From an uncultured Nitrospiraceae bacterium (GTDB lineage Bacteria; Nitrospirota; Nitrospiria; Nitrospirales; Nitrospiraceae), in NCBI GenBank assembly GCA_963846575.1, contig CAWJWJ010000002.1, forward strand, positions 928,001 through 992,000: a DNA stretch of 64,000 nucleotides, written 5' to 3'. Below are positions 41,018-51,277 of this stretch, piece after piece. Within the stretch, counting starts at the first letter, position 1, and every line of letters starts with the position of its first letter. Position numbers and translations under genes: made by a program. A model generated the notes under the pieces. The model had not been told where the DNA came from, searched no databases, and was given only the letters and a program-made list of their open reading frames with translations.

Positions 41018-41263
41018 TTCCGAAGCACTTAAGACGAAGAATGTGTTTGGTTGCCGGTGAGAGAAATAGAGGACACATCATCTTCTGTCTCTGTCAACGA
41101 GTGCCCCCTTAATGAGCTTCAGAAAACGGGATACTTATATTAATCGCCCCGTTCCAGACCTTGCTTCCTATCGGGCACTCTTTCTGTACGCTCGATGCGT
41201 GGGGAATGAGTTCCTGAGTCTTCTTCGACTTTTTCTTCGGTTTTTTTTTCAGGGACAACCTGA

Positions 41264-41497
41264 TCAGCGGGATCCGACGATTTTCAAGTCTGGCATGACG
41301 TGCACTGGATCGCCTGGTTTCCATTTGGGTGCAGGTCGCATAGGCATTGTACCATCGCTCGCTTTAGGAGAAACAGGCTCTCGAATGATGGGTCCCTGGG
41401 GAGGCCTCATTTCGGTATTGGAAAGAACGGTACTTTCAGTAAGCAAGCAGGCAAGAATGACCGATGTCCCGAGGTACTTTTTGAGGTTGAGCGCCAT
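41264..41497 (-). CDS. Small secreted protein similar to the N-terminal segment of the 36982 gene
   Basis: AGGAGG RBS, signal peptide, WKPGDPVHVMPDL versus WKEGDPVRVKDDI. Confidence 0.65.
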   Translation of the reverse strand: MALNLKKYLGTSVILACLLTESTVLSNTEMRPPQGPIIREPVSPKASDGTMPMRPAPKWKPGDPVHVMPDLKIVGSR

Positions 41498-41580
41498 TGC
41501 TGCACCTCCTGAACATTATTGTACTCCATGTGCGTCCCAGATATCGAGAGCATGGGGTTTCCGGTTGATCCCAGACAGTA

Positions 41581-43743
41581 ATGAAGGTTTTCAGGCTTAT
41601 TATTACAGGCGAACGATTCATAATTGGTAGACGCCGTGTCGCCCTTCTTACACAGCTGATTTTCGGCTTCACTATCTGTATTCCGTTCCTCGGAATAGCT
41701 GCGCCACCAACCGCAGACGACTCGTCTGTCCGTCAAGAAACTGGAGACTCGTCTGAAGTGATAGTTCTTGAAGAAGTGACGGTCACTGCGACTCGAGAAA
41801 AGCGTAAGACGTTTGATATTCCGCAGGATGTAACAGTTGTAGGACGTGAAGAGATAGAGCGACGAGCACCTACCATTCTGCCCGATCTCTTAGAAGGTGC
41901 GGAAGGCGTGTTCGTACAGCGGACCACCCCCGGTCAAGCAAATCCCATCATCCGAGGACTCGTCGGAAGCTCCGTCCTCACGCTCGTCGATGGCATGCGC
42001 CTCAATACGGCGTTTTTTCGTCCCTCGCCCAATCAATTCGTTGCCTTGGTGGACCCACAAAACGTGGACAGTATTGAAGTCGTCCGGGGATCCGGGTCCA
42101 CACTCTACGGCAGTGATGCGATCGGCGGCGTGATTAATATCCTGACGCCGGTCCCGAGATTCGATTCTAGTGACTGGCAGACTCGAGGGAAAGCCCGGGG
42201 TCAATTCAGCAGCGCTGACTTGGGCTATGTATCTCGCCTCGCCGTCGAGTCTGGGAAAAAAGGGATCGCGTTTAGTACCGGGCTTACCTACCAGGCGGCG
42301 GACGACTTACGGGGGGGCGGTGATATCGGAATTCAACGCCCGTCGGGATTTAGGTCTTATGCGTTTGATAGCAAATTGTTTGTTGAGGGCCATGCGCAAG
42401 ACCTTCTTCTGAACGTCCAGTATCTGCAACAGCCGAAGACCCCGCGTTACGATGAACTGAACCCTGGCTTTGGGCAAACTACGCCGAGTTCGTCGGTGTT
42501 CTTCTTCCAACCCAATGATCGGCTGTTTATCCATGGCCGATATCGCGTTTTCCAGCCCGTGTCGTTTATGGACCGAGCCGAATTCAACGTCGCCCTGCAA
42601 GAGATTCGTGACGATCGGCGTGCTAGAGATTTTGACAGTCCAATCGAGGTGAGAGAGCGGAATAAAAGCCGCATGATTGGCGGCAACTTTCAGTTCACCT
42701 CCGTCTTGCCTGATTGGCTGACGCTCACGTATGGAGGCGAAGCCTATTTGGACACGATCTCAAGTCGTAGCATGGGAAAGGACATCACGAGCGGACAAGC
42801 AGTGGCACAGAGCAGTCGCTTCCCGGATGGGTCGACCCTGAACAGCTTTGGGGCCTATGTCGAAGGGGAGATCACATTACATCCCCGACTCACGGCGGTG
42901 GTGGGAGGACGGCTCAGTTACTTTGAGATCAATATTCCGAAAGCCGACCGCGACGTGGGCGTGCAGTTAAACCCGCTCGCTTCGACGGGTCACGTCGGCC
43001 TGGTGTATCACCTTACCCCCGAAGTCAATCTTGTCACGAATGTCAGCCGGGGATTTCGGGTTCCCAACGTCTTTGATCTGTCTACGTTGGGTTCCCGACC
43101 AGGGAACAGATTTGCGATTCCAAATCCCAACCTGAAGCCAGAGGAGGCGTGGTCCTTTGATGCCGGGACAAAGGTCCGTTTCAACCGCTTTACCGGCGAA
43201 CTCTTCGGCTTCTACACTCTGATCCCCAATCGAATTGAAGGGGAACTGACGGGGGCCACGACTGCAGACGGAAGACAGGTGATTCAAAGCGCCAATCTTA
43301 ACCGGGTCCAACTCACAGGGATCGAGGCAGGCGGCCGGATATATCTGACTGCTGAATTGGAACTCTACGGCAACCTGACTTATACCTATGGGTGGGAAAC
43401 ACTTCCACAAGGTCAGGTTCAGCCCGCCGACCGCATTCCCCCCTTGAATGGCCGCATAGGCTTGCTTTATCGTCCGAGGTCAAACGTGTGGATCGAGCCC
43501 TTCTTTCGCTTTTCCTCGCCGCAAGACCGCTTAAGTACTCGCGACCTGACCGACCCACGCATCAATCCCAATGGGACGGCCGGATGGACCACGGCGAGTC
43601 TCCGCGTGGGGTGGATTCTCTCAAAATACCTGACGCTCCATGGCACGCTGGAGAATATACTCGACCAACCGTATCGTGAGCATGGGTTTGGAATTAGTGC
43701 GCCGGGTACTAATGTGATAGTTGCATTGGAAGGGCGCTTGTAA
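41581..43743 (+). CDS. TonB-dependent receptor
   Basis: TonB box EEVTVTATR, plug IEVVRGSGSTLYGSDAIGGVINI, NPNLKPE, ENILD; start uncertain. Confidence 0.95.
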   Translation: MKVFRLIITGERFIIGRRRVALLTQLIFGFTICIPFLGIAAPPTADDSSVRQETGDSSEVIVLEEVTVTATREKRKTFDIPQDVTVVGREEIERRAPTILPDLLEGAEGVFVQRTTPGQANPIIRGLVGSSVLTLVDGMRLNTAFFRPSPNQFVALVDPQNVDSIEVVRGSGSTLYGSDAIGGVINILTPVPRFDSSDWQTRGKARGQFSSADLGYVSRLAVESGKKGIAFSTGLTYQAADDLRGGGDIGIQRPSGFRSYAFDSKLFVEGHAQDLLLNVQYLQQPKTPRYDELNPGFGQTTPSSSVFFFQPNDRLFIHGRYRVFQPVSFMDRAEFNVALQEIRDDRRARDFDSPIEVRERNKSRMIGGNFQFTSVLPDWLTLTYGGEAYLDTISSRSMGKDITSGQAVAQSSRFPDGSTLNSFGAYVEGEITLHPRLTAVVGGRLSYFEINIPKADRDVGVQLNPLASTGHVGLVYHLTPEVNLVTNVSRGFRVPNVFDLSTLGSRPGNRFAIPNPNLKPEEAWSFDAGTKVRFNRFTGELFGFYTLIPNRIEGELTGATTADGRQVIQSANLNRVQLTGIEAGGRIYLTAELELYGNLTYTYGWETLPQGQVQPADRIPPLNGRIGLLYRPRSNVWIEPFFRFSSPQDRLSTRDLTDPRINPNGTAGWTTASLRVGWILSKYLTLHGTLENILDQPYREHGFGISAPGTNVIVALEGRL

Positions 43744-43927
43744 CGAATAACGCATTCAGAACCTCCTTATGAAGGATCGGGATAAAATCCAGCGAAGGAG
43801 GCCAATCTTCTTCTGTTGGTTCCGAGGCTCTGTGCGGTGGCCTAGGCGGAATAGATATGAATTGTACAGAGTATAAAACCAAACCATCTAAAAGTCCGGG
43901 GAAACGCACAGGAGGAAGGAGCAGTTT

Positions 43928-44878
43928 ATGGCAAAAAGAACTAAATTTATTAGCCGGGCGCTGGCGTTAGGCCGTGCGAAAGGCAATGAAATTGTCCAAT
44001 TTCGCGTCAAGGCATTAAAGAGTAGAACAGAAGCGCTAGCGAGACGTGCAGCTCCGCCTCAGAAATTAAAAAGTACCCCCCGCCCGAATATAGCAAAAAC
44101 TGTAATGGCGTCGGTGGGGTCTTCTGGTGTGTTAGTGGCGGAAGGAGATTCATGGTTTGACTACCCTTGGACCGACATACTCAGACTCCTGGAAGATACA
44201 CATGGCTATGATGTTGAATCGGTATCGCATAAAGGCGATCGTGTTGAAGAGATGGCTTACTCAGGAGGACAACTAGAGGAACTTTCTCGACGATTGGAAA
44301 AACTGCTCAGGAACGGATTAATGCCAAAAGCTATTCTCTTGTCCGGCGGAGGGAATGACATAGCAGGGCCAGAATTCGGGACTCTCCTCAATCATGCAGC
44401 ATCCGCGGACCCGGGACTTAATGAGCAAGTTGTTTCTGGTTTGATTGATGAAAGAATACGGTTCGCTTTCATCACAATATTGGCTGCAATTACTCAAATC
44501 TGCCAAAAATGGCTACAGCGTCCACTTCCAATTATCACCCATGGCTATGATTATCCTGTCCCAGACGGCCGCGGCTTTCTGGGTGGATGGTGGTTTCTTC
44601 CCGGGCCGTGGCTCGAGCCAGGATTTAGGGAAAAGGGGTTTGAGGATATTGCCATTCGAAAAACTATTGCGAGACAACTCATTGACCGATTCAACAAAAT
44701 GATGGCCGAGGTGGCCAAGCTACCCGACTTTAATCATGTGACGTATCTCGACTTGAGAGCGACTCTCTCCTCTGGAGCTGACTACAAGAAATCCTGGGAA
44801 AATGAGCTGCACCCAACCATTAGAGGCTTTGAGACCGTTACAGGTCGTTTTGTACATCTGTTAGATCGTCTTCCGTGA
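43928..44878 (+). CDS. SGNH/GDSL hydrolase-family protein
   Basis: AEGDSW, SGGGND, HGYDY, NELHP blocks. Confidence 0.85.
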   Translation: MAKRTKFISRALALGRAKGNEIVQFRVKALKSRTEALARRAAPPQKLKSTPRPNIAKTVMASVGSSGVLVAEGDSWFDYPWTDILRLLEDTHGYDVESVSHKGDRVEEMAYSGGQLEELSRRLEKLLRNGLMPKAILLSGGGNDIAGPEFGTLLNHAASADPGLNEQVVSGLIDERIRFAFITILAAITQICQKWLQRPLPIITHGYDYPVPDGRGFLGGWWFLPGPWLEPGFREKGFEDIAIRKTIARQLIDRFNKMMAEVAKLPDFNHVTYLDLRATLSSGADYKKSWENELHPTIRGFETVTGRFVHLLDRLP

Positions 44879-45109
44879 TCTTTTTGTGTACGGCGTGCGT
44901 TGGCATTTCACTCGGAAAGTGGTCTAGTGGATCGACTGTTAATAAAACTACCTTCGCTCCTCCTGACGAACGGTACATTAAGAAACGGCTGCGCAAACAC
45001 ATATCGTTGAGAGAAAGGCTGCTGGATGGCAACCGCACGAAGAACAGTATTAAGACGACTACCAAGTGTTCCTTGATTACTGATGCTTTGCCACCGTTTC
45101 ACTAACTAA

Positions 45110-46486
45110 CAGGCTGTTGACAAACTCGCCGTTTGAAACAGTTTCATTGGCACGGCTGTACTCACTCAGGTCTCTGTGTGGCGATTGGTCTGTCTGCTCT
45201 GGAGTGTGAGCCGGCCATTTTCTGTTCTCTCCTCCTTCCCGCATAGCCCCGGCCCCTGGGGCTCCATTAGGCCGGTGCCTGGGGTACGCTCGCCGAGCCG
45301 TTTCAGATTCAGCAGCCAGCCCATGAGATAGGCTTCGTCTCGGACCTGCAAGAGCCCGCGCCGTTGCAAGCGCCGGAAGCCGTGCCAGCATTTCGCCTCG
45401 CCCCAGAGTTCTTCGATCTTCTTCCGCGCCCGCTGCGAGGGGCGGTAGCCTACCGTCCGGCTCAGTCGACGCACCCGCTGATGCACGGCCTCCCGTCCGG
45501 TGGTTTTGGCCGCAATGTGCGGCCGGATCCGCCGTCGCACAAGAGCCCTCAGGAATGGCTTGGCAAAATACCCCTTGTCCGCGCCCACGGTCTGAATCCG
45601 AAGATCGTGCGTCGCATGAAACCGATCGATCAACGTTCGCCCGCCGTCCGTCTCTGAGGCCGGCCCTCGAAACGGCTCCATATGGATCCCCACTGACAGC
45701 CGATGCCGATTTTCAATCAGGCCGTTCACGGTGTCGCCGACCATGGCCGCGGTCCCATTGCCTTTGTTGGCCAACTTGGCATCGGGATCCGTCGTGGAGA
45801 CATGCGTCTGGTTCGAGCGCCGTTCCCCACGAAACGTGACCGTGGGATTCCCCGAATCCTGGTCCGGCTCCGACCTCGCATCGAGGGATCGAATCCGCTT
45901 CTTGTAGTCCTCTGGCTTCAGAAATACTTCCATCGGAACAAAGCTCTTGTGCGAGGCATTGGCCTGTACCAGCGTCCCATCGAGCGTCGTTTGATGCGAC
46001 ACCAGCTTCTGCTTGATCGCCAAGGCGACCGTCTCATCAAACAACCGTTCGAGCAGCCCACTCTCGGTAAAGCGCCGCTTCCGATTCTGTGAGAACGTCG
46101 AGTGATCCCACGGCATCTGATCTAAATCCAAGCCCACAAACCAGCGGAGAACCAGGTTCCCGGTCAGTTCGCGCACCAAGGCCCGTTCCGAGGTCACGCC
46201 CAGCAGATACCCGCCCAAGAGAGCTAGGAATAGTTGCTCGGGCGGAATGGACGGGCGACCGGTCTCGGCATACAGCGGCTCGCAGAGCTGCCGGATTCGC
46301 GCCGTGTCGATCAACGGGCGGATCTTCCGCATCGGATGATCGGCGGTCACATACTGCTCTATTTTGATGTGATAGAACATCGACGGCTGCGGATCGGCTG
46401 TGCCCATTATAGGGAAGGGTCCTCCTGATGGAGAATCCTCTTATCATATCTTTCGCGAATGAGGGGGAGGGTTTGTCAACAGCCTG
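45110..46486 (-). mobile_element. IS5-family element; transposase 45166-46407 with a +1 shift near the C-terminus
   Basis: Perfect 16-bp IRs CAGGCTGTTGACAAAC; TSD CTAA (45106-45109 and 46487-46490); GRPSIPPE, DHSTFS, DGT, ADKGY. Confidence 0.95.
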
Positions 46487-46761
46487 CTAAGCGGCTTCTA
46501 CAGACCCTTTGAATGGAACTCCCCACGGACTTATAGCTGTTATGCAAAGGCCATCCAATCCCGTTGGGGATTTGAACCGGTGTGCCATTCGTTAGCTTAT
46601 GTATCGCTAGAGTCCTGATCTGCTACCACGCTGCTACCCGGACAGGGCAAATCATCACCAACATGGGCTACGTCAATAGCAGCCTATTTGTAGTTTCTTG
46701 TGTGGCTCGGTCGTCTGAGGTAGGACTATCCGAAATTCGTAAACCGCAGGTCGGCTGGAGT

Positions 46762-47969
46762 CGTAAGCTCCCCCGTCAAGGAGACAGTTTCATGGGAGAA
46801 TTTCTGGCTTCCACTTGGGCCCGATACGTGGCGGGCGGCAGGCCCGCCAACGCGTCATGGGGCCGCTCTTCATTGTAACTCTGCAACCATTCGGCACTGA
46901 TCTCTCGCACCTGATCCAACGACTCGAACACATAGGCATTGAGCACTTCGGTCCGATAGGTTCGGTTATACCGCTCAATCAAGGCATTCTGATCCGGCTT
47001 GCCCGGTTGGATGTGCCACAGCTGAATCGCCCGTTCCGCACACCAGGTGATGAACCGGTCGGCGAGGAATTCTGGGCCATTATCGAGCCGAATCGCTTGC
47101 GGCTGGCCCCGCCAGCTCACGACTTGCTCCAGCACGCGAATCACGCGTTCAGCCGGGAGCGACGTATCGATCTCAATCGCCAAGCCTTCCCGCACGCCTT
47201 CATCCAGCAGGTTCAGCGTCCGGAATCGTCGGCCGCCGTACAGAGTGTCACTCATGAAGTCCACGGCCCACACGGCGTTCGGGTACGGAATCACGCCCAA
47301 CGGCTGTCGCAGACGAGCTGAGAGCCGCTTCTTCGTCCGACGGGGGAGATTCAAGCGGAGCTGGCAGTACACCCGCCAGAGACGCTTGTGATTCCACGGA
47401 TGTCCATCCAATCGGAGTCGCCCCCAACACTTCCAAAAGCCCCAGCGACTCTTCGCCGCGACGAGCGTCGTCAACGCCTCGATGACCGGCGCATCCCGCC
47501 GAGCCCAGTCCATGAGTGGTCGGTAGTACGTCGCCCGTCCCAAACCCACTGCGCGACAAGCCCGCTGAACCGGGAGACCGTGTACGGTCACGAGATGCGT
47601 GACAACCTCCCGACGTTCAGCGGGCTTCAGAGCTTTTTTGCGATGACATCTTTCAGCGCCGCATTCTCGAGCGAGAGATCGGCATACATCCGCTTGAGGC
47701 GGTTGTTTTCGTGTTCCAATTCCTTCAGTCGCTTCACATCCGAGGCTTCCAGCCCGCCGTACTTGGATTTCCACTTGTAGTACGTCGCGGAACTGATGCC
47801 GTGCTGCCGCCACAACTCATTGACCGGGCGCCCGGCATCGGCTTCTTTCAGGATCGACACGATTTGTGTTTCGGTGAACTTCGACTGGCGCATGGGAACC
47901 TCCTGGCTAGGGTGACGATTGTGCCAGAATGTTCTCCTTATGGCTGTCTCAATCTAAGGGGAGCTTACG
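46762..47969 (-). mobile_element. IS3-family element, copy 2 (orfA and orfB intact)
   Basis: Near-identical inverted copy of 31257-32463; no matching TSD (GAGT / GATA). Confidence 0.95.
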
Positions 47970-48417
47970 GATAGACGCGATGAGGAAAGAAAGCCCAATA
48001 GGCTTATAGCTGCCCCACCCGAAGGCAACATAGGGTAGGGCCATCGCCTGGGCCAATTTATGGTTGAGCGTACACCAGAGAGCCTGTGGAAGGCAGAAGC
48101 AAGTTCCTTCAGATTGAGCCAGTGACGGTGTAAGCTGCGGGGCTACAGTCAAGTTTCAATGGTGAAGTAACCAGTTGCCACCCAGTGCCCAGATCTAGTC
48201 TTCACACGCGATTAACGCCGGTTGAGGTATCTTGGCGCCTCAAGTGATCGAAGTGAGGCGGACTAGAAGGTAATTACTTTAGTACTATTATGTTTCCCCC
48301 TAAGAATATATAAACCTCTCTCACTTCCCTCACTTCTCACCCTTAATGTTTAAACTAGGGACAAAGCACTTTTCTCATAAAGTCGATGGTTCGGAAGCGC
48401 ATCCTTCTCGAAGGATT

Positions 48418-49767
48418 CTATTGGCACTTATCCCAAGGCTCACGAATGAAATACAACGCTTCGCGCCCGTGAATTTCGACGCCATCTTTAGCCCATGTGC
48501 CCCAGCGAGTAAAGTACTTCTTTTCACCGTCCTTCTGCACGGCCACTGTAAAGTCTTTTCGCAGCTCCCTGTAGCAGCCCTCTAAATGCGTCAATGTTAC
48601 GTCCACTTGAGATTTACCTCTTTCAAATTTTCCACCTGCCTTATTGATGAGGACGAAGCCTTCATTTCCTCGTTCCATCATCAGAATCGTTGGCTCATCT
48701 ATGACGGCTAATACGTTCTCAGCGACATTGCCGCCGCCGTTCTTTCGCTGAGCCATTACCTGACGAAACTTGACCCCATAAGAGATATAGGCAACATCGT
48801 AATTGTCCCAATTAAAAACTAAAGGGGTACCACTCTCTCGCGCCAAGATGTATGCCGTAGCGAGATAGCTATCTGAGGGTTCGGCGTATGGGTTAATCGC
48901 TTTATCGTTTAGTTGGCTAATGGTGTCGTGATTGCGACCGAAGGTGACGCTTCGAGAATCGTTCACAGCATGCGGGAGTCGAAGTGACCGTAGATCGCCT
49001 CCGTAACTGAACGCCTTCTTCATTGAATCATAGAGGACAAAGTCCGTTGTGGCGGCAACTCCTGAGTAATGTTCGGCCTGAGTGTCGTGATCTGAAATGA
49101 CCTCTAGGTAGTTCCAGGTTTTGTTATGGCTGTTTTCATTAATATAGCCTATGTACTCCTGAACCGTTTCAATAGACATATGTTTGGCTGCGTCGAGTCT
49201 AAAGCCGTCAATCCCCAGATCCAGAAGTTTTTGCAGGTGAGCCTTGTGAATCGTCTTCACATTCGCCTGGGTTTGATCAAGATCAGGCAGATCGCCTAGC
49301 CAACAATTGACTTCAGTGTTCCGGTTACCGTCGTCATACCCAATCCCGCAACGATCATGAAAATCGGCTGGTGAAAACTGTGGATAGTGTAAGTCCTTGT
49401 ACTCATCCATGTTAGCCATGTGATTCAGCACGACATCGGCTATTACTCGGATCTTGCATCCATGCGCGATTGAAATCAGATCTTTAAGGTCCTGCTCTGA
49501 GCCCCGACCTTCAATCACGGCATAATCGACAGGCTGGTACCGCGCCCACCATCGGGAATCTGGATTTGATTTCTGCACTGGGGCTATTTGGACATGCGAA
49601 TAGCCTTGCTGCTCAAGTTTACAGACGAATTGTTTTACGTCGCTGTAGCTCTGGTCGAAGGCATGGAAGATTGCACGTGGTTGTTCGCCGATCGCTGGGA
49701 CGACGAATCCGCTCAGCCACGCAAAGCACGCGAGCAAGACGGACAGAGGTCGCGGTATCAACTTCAT
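48418..49767 (-). CDS. Secreted GH13 alpha-amylase
   Basis: Signal peptide; DVVLNH, GFRLDAAKH, YLEV, NHD catalytic motifs. Confidence 0.92.
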   Translation of the reverse strand: MKLIPRPLSVLLACFAWLSGFVVPAIGEQPRAIFHAFDQSYSDVKQFVCKLEQQGYSHVQIAPVQKSNPDSRWWARYQPVDYAVIEGRGSEQDLKDLISIAHGCKIRVIADVVLNHMANMDEYKDLHYPQFSPADFHDRCGIGYDDGNRNTEVNCWLGDLPDLDQTQANVKTIHKAHLQKLLDLGIDGFRLDAAKHMSIETVQEYIGYINENSHNKTWNYLEVISDHDTQAEHYSGVAATTDFVLYDSMKKAFSYGGDLRSLRLPHAVNDSRSVTFGRNHDTISQLNDKAINPYAEPSDSYLATAYILARESGTPLVFNWDNYDVAYISYGVKFRQVMAQRKNGGGNVAENVLAVIDEPTILMMERGNEGFVLINKAGGKFERGKSQVDVTLTHLEGCYRELRKDFTVAVQKDGEKKYFTRWGTWAKDGVEIHGREALYFIREPWDKCQ

Positions 49768-49808
49768 GCTGTGTCCTTTCATGGAAAGCCCGCTTTTGTC
49801 ACAACACA

Positions 49809-49824
49809 CGCAACAAGCACACCA
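49809..49824 (-). promoter_or_regulatory. Putative sigma54 promoter of the amylase gene
   Basis: Minus strand TGGTGTGCTTGTTGCG (GG-N10-GC), about 40 nt before the ATG. Confidence 0.5.
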
Positions 49825-50012
49825 GATCCTAAGCGCATGAAGGCTATGAAATACTTTCGAGCTTAATCTTTCGATACAACAAAGTGAGGGTATTCCGAAA
49901 TCCAATTGGCCGCGTATCCATTTGGATACTCCTTGCATCTGAAAGGATACAGAAAAACCTACCTAGTCCTATCCCGCTAACTTTTGAGCAATGAAAATAA
50001 TACTTATGTGGT

Positions 50013-50028
50013 TGGAATAGTACATGCA
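50013..50028 (+). promoter_or_regulatory. Putative sigma54 promoter
   Basis: TGGAATAGTACATGCA (GG-N10-GC), 33 nt before ATG 50061. Confidence 0.5.
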
Positions 50029-50060
50029 TTACGAATGTGCGCGTGACAATTTAAGTGAGG

Positions 50061-51077
50061 ATGAAGATGGTCAGAAAAGTCCTCCTTTGTCTTGTAACAG
50101 CAGTGCTGATCCTTAGCCGAAACGCCGAGGCTACCCTAAGTGTTGAGGTGCAGAGAATATGGCAGGAAGCGACCCTAGTAGAGAACGAGCACAAGAAATT
50201 GATTGTTGAGAAGAAGAAGTTGGCTGAATTGATGGCTGCGCTCAAAGATAAAACCTTCAAGGAGGAAGACCGCAAGAAATTAGAAACCCAACAAGCACTG
50301 GTTGATGCTCAGAATCGCAATCTTGAAGCAGTAATAGACGCTACCTCACTGAAGGGGCCGACAGAGACTGCAATTATAAACGCCATATCAATAGTAAATA
50401 AGAAATCAAAGTTGGACGAGCTGGGTACACAAATGTTGACGCATCCGAAAGAAACACAGGCTGTGTTAGCTAAAACCATAGAAGGCATGGAAGCAGACTT
50501 AACTACATCAGCCGTGAATGCGACAAAGCTGAATGAACGCGAACGAATAGATAAAGAGGCCGACACACGCTTCGCGGGATTTGGTTTCGGCGTAGCCATT
50601 GGCCTTACAGTAAAGGCAGGAAATAGGGACCTCGTGCAATCTGCCACGCTGGATGCCAACAAAATAGTCCGAGTCGAGCGTGACAACAACTCAAGAGCCA
50701 ATTTTCTATTGGAAACCCATTATCTCTTTACACCGAATGCTCCCTTTCTTCCATGGATTCCATTTTTCAATGTAGAGGCTAAACAGTGGGGGCATGGGCC
50801 CTTCGTCGCGGTGCAGCCAGGCACAGACAATATTATTGAATCGGTAGGAATAGGATGGATGCTCGGATTTAAACGTTCTCGCATCCTTGCGACAGATACA
50901 GCCCGTCAACGAGGGGATAGCTTCAATCTCGGAGCGGGGGTACTGGTCAATCCTAACGCTCAAGTTCTTGGCGATGGCGTGGTAAAGAACCAGCCGCTAC
51001 CCAGCAATGAGACAGATGTACGTTTGAAAAAGACGACTGAAATTGGTTGGCTTGTCGTCTTCTCCTATTCTTTTTGA
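50061..51077 (+). CDS. Secreted protein: coiled coil plus small C-terminal beta-barrel-like domain
   Basis: Signal peptide (AEA), heptads, terminal VVFSYSF. Confidence 0.8.
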   Translation: MKMVRKVLLCLVTAVLILSRNAEATLSVEVQRIWQEATLVENEHKKLIVEKKKLAELMAALKDKTFKEEDRKKLETQQALVDAQNRNLEAVIDATSLKGPTETAIINAISIVNKKSKLDELGTQMLTHPKETQAVLAKTIEGMEADLTTSAVNATKLNERERIDKEADTRFAGFGFGVAIGLTVKAGNRDLVQSATLDANKIVRVERDNNSRANFLLETHYLFTPNAPFLPWIPFFNVEAKQWGHGPFVAVQPGTDNIIESVGIGWMLGFKRSRILATDTARQRGDSFNLGAGVLVNPNAQVLGDGVVKNQPLPSNETDVRLKKTTEIGWLVVFSYSF

Positions 51078-51277
51078 AGCTAGGTTATTGGGAATGGTGC
51101 CACATGACTGAAGCGCCAAAGTTGGCTTTCATGTGCGCTTACTGCGCGCGTGCCGTTTAAAAAAGCAGGAGTTAAGCACTCGTATCAAGGAGTGATGAGC
51201 GAACGAAAATGCGTAAGTTAATAGGCCGCGTACCGCCGGTACAGAATTTGTATTGAACAGCGTGGATCATCGACTGC

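Noticed and set aside
31257..47969. Cargo arrived as an IS3 composite transposon
   Set aside because: Copy 1 has its own TSD on both sides, so it inserted independently; the outer flanks do not match
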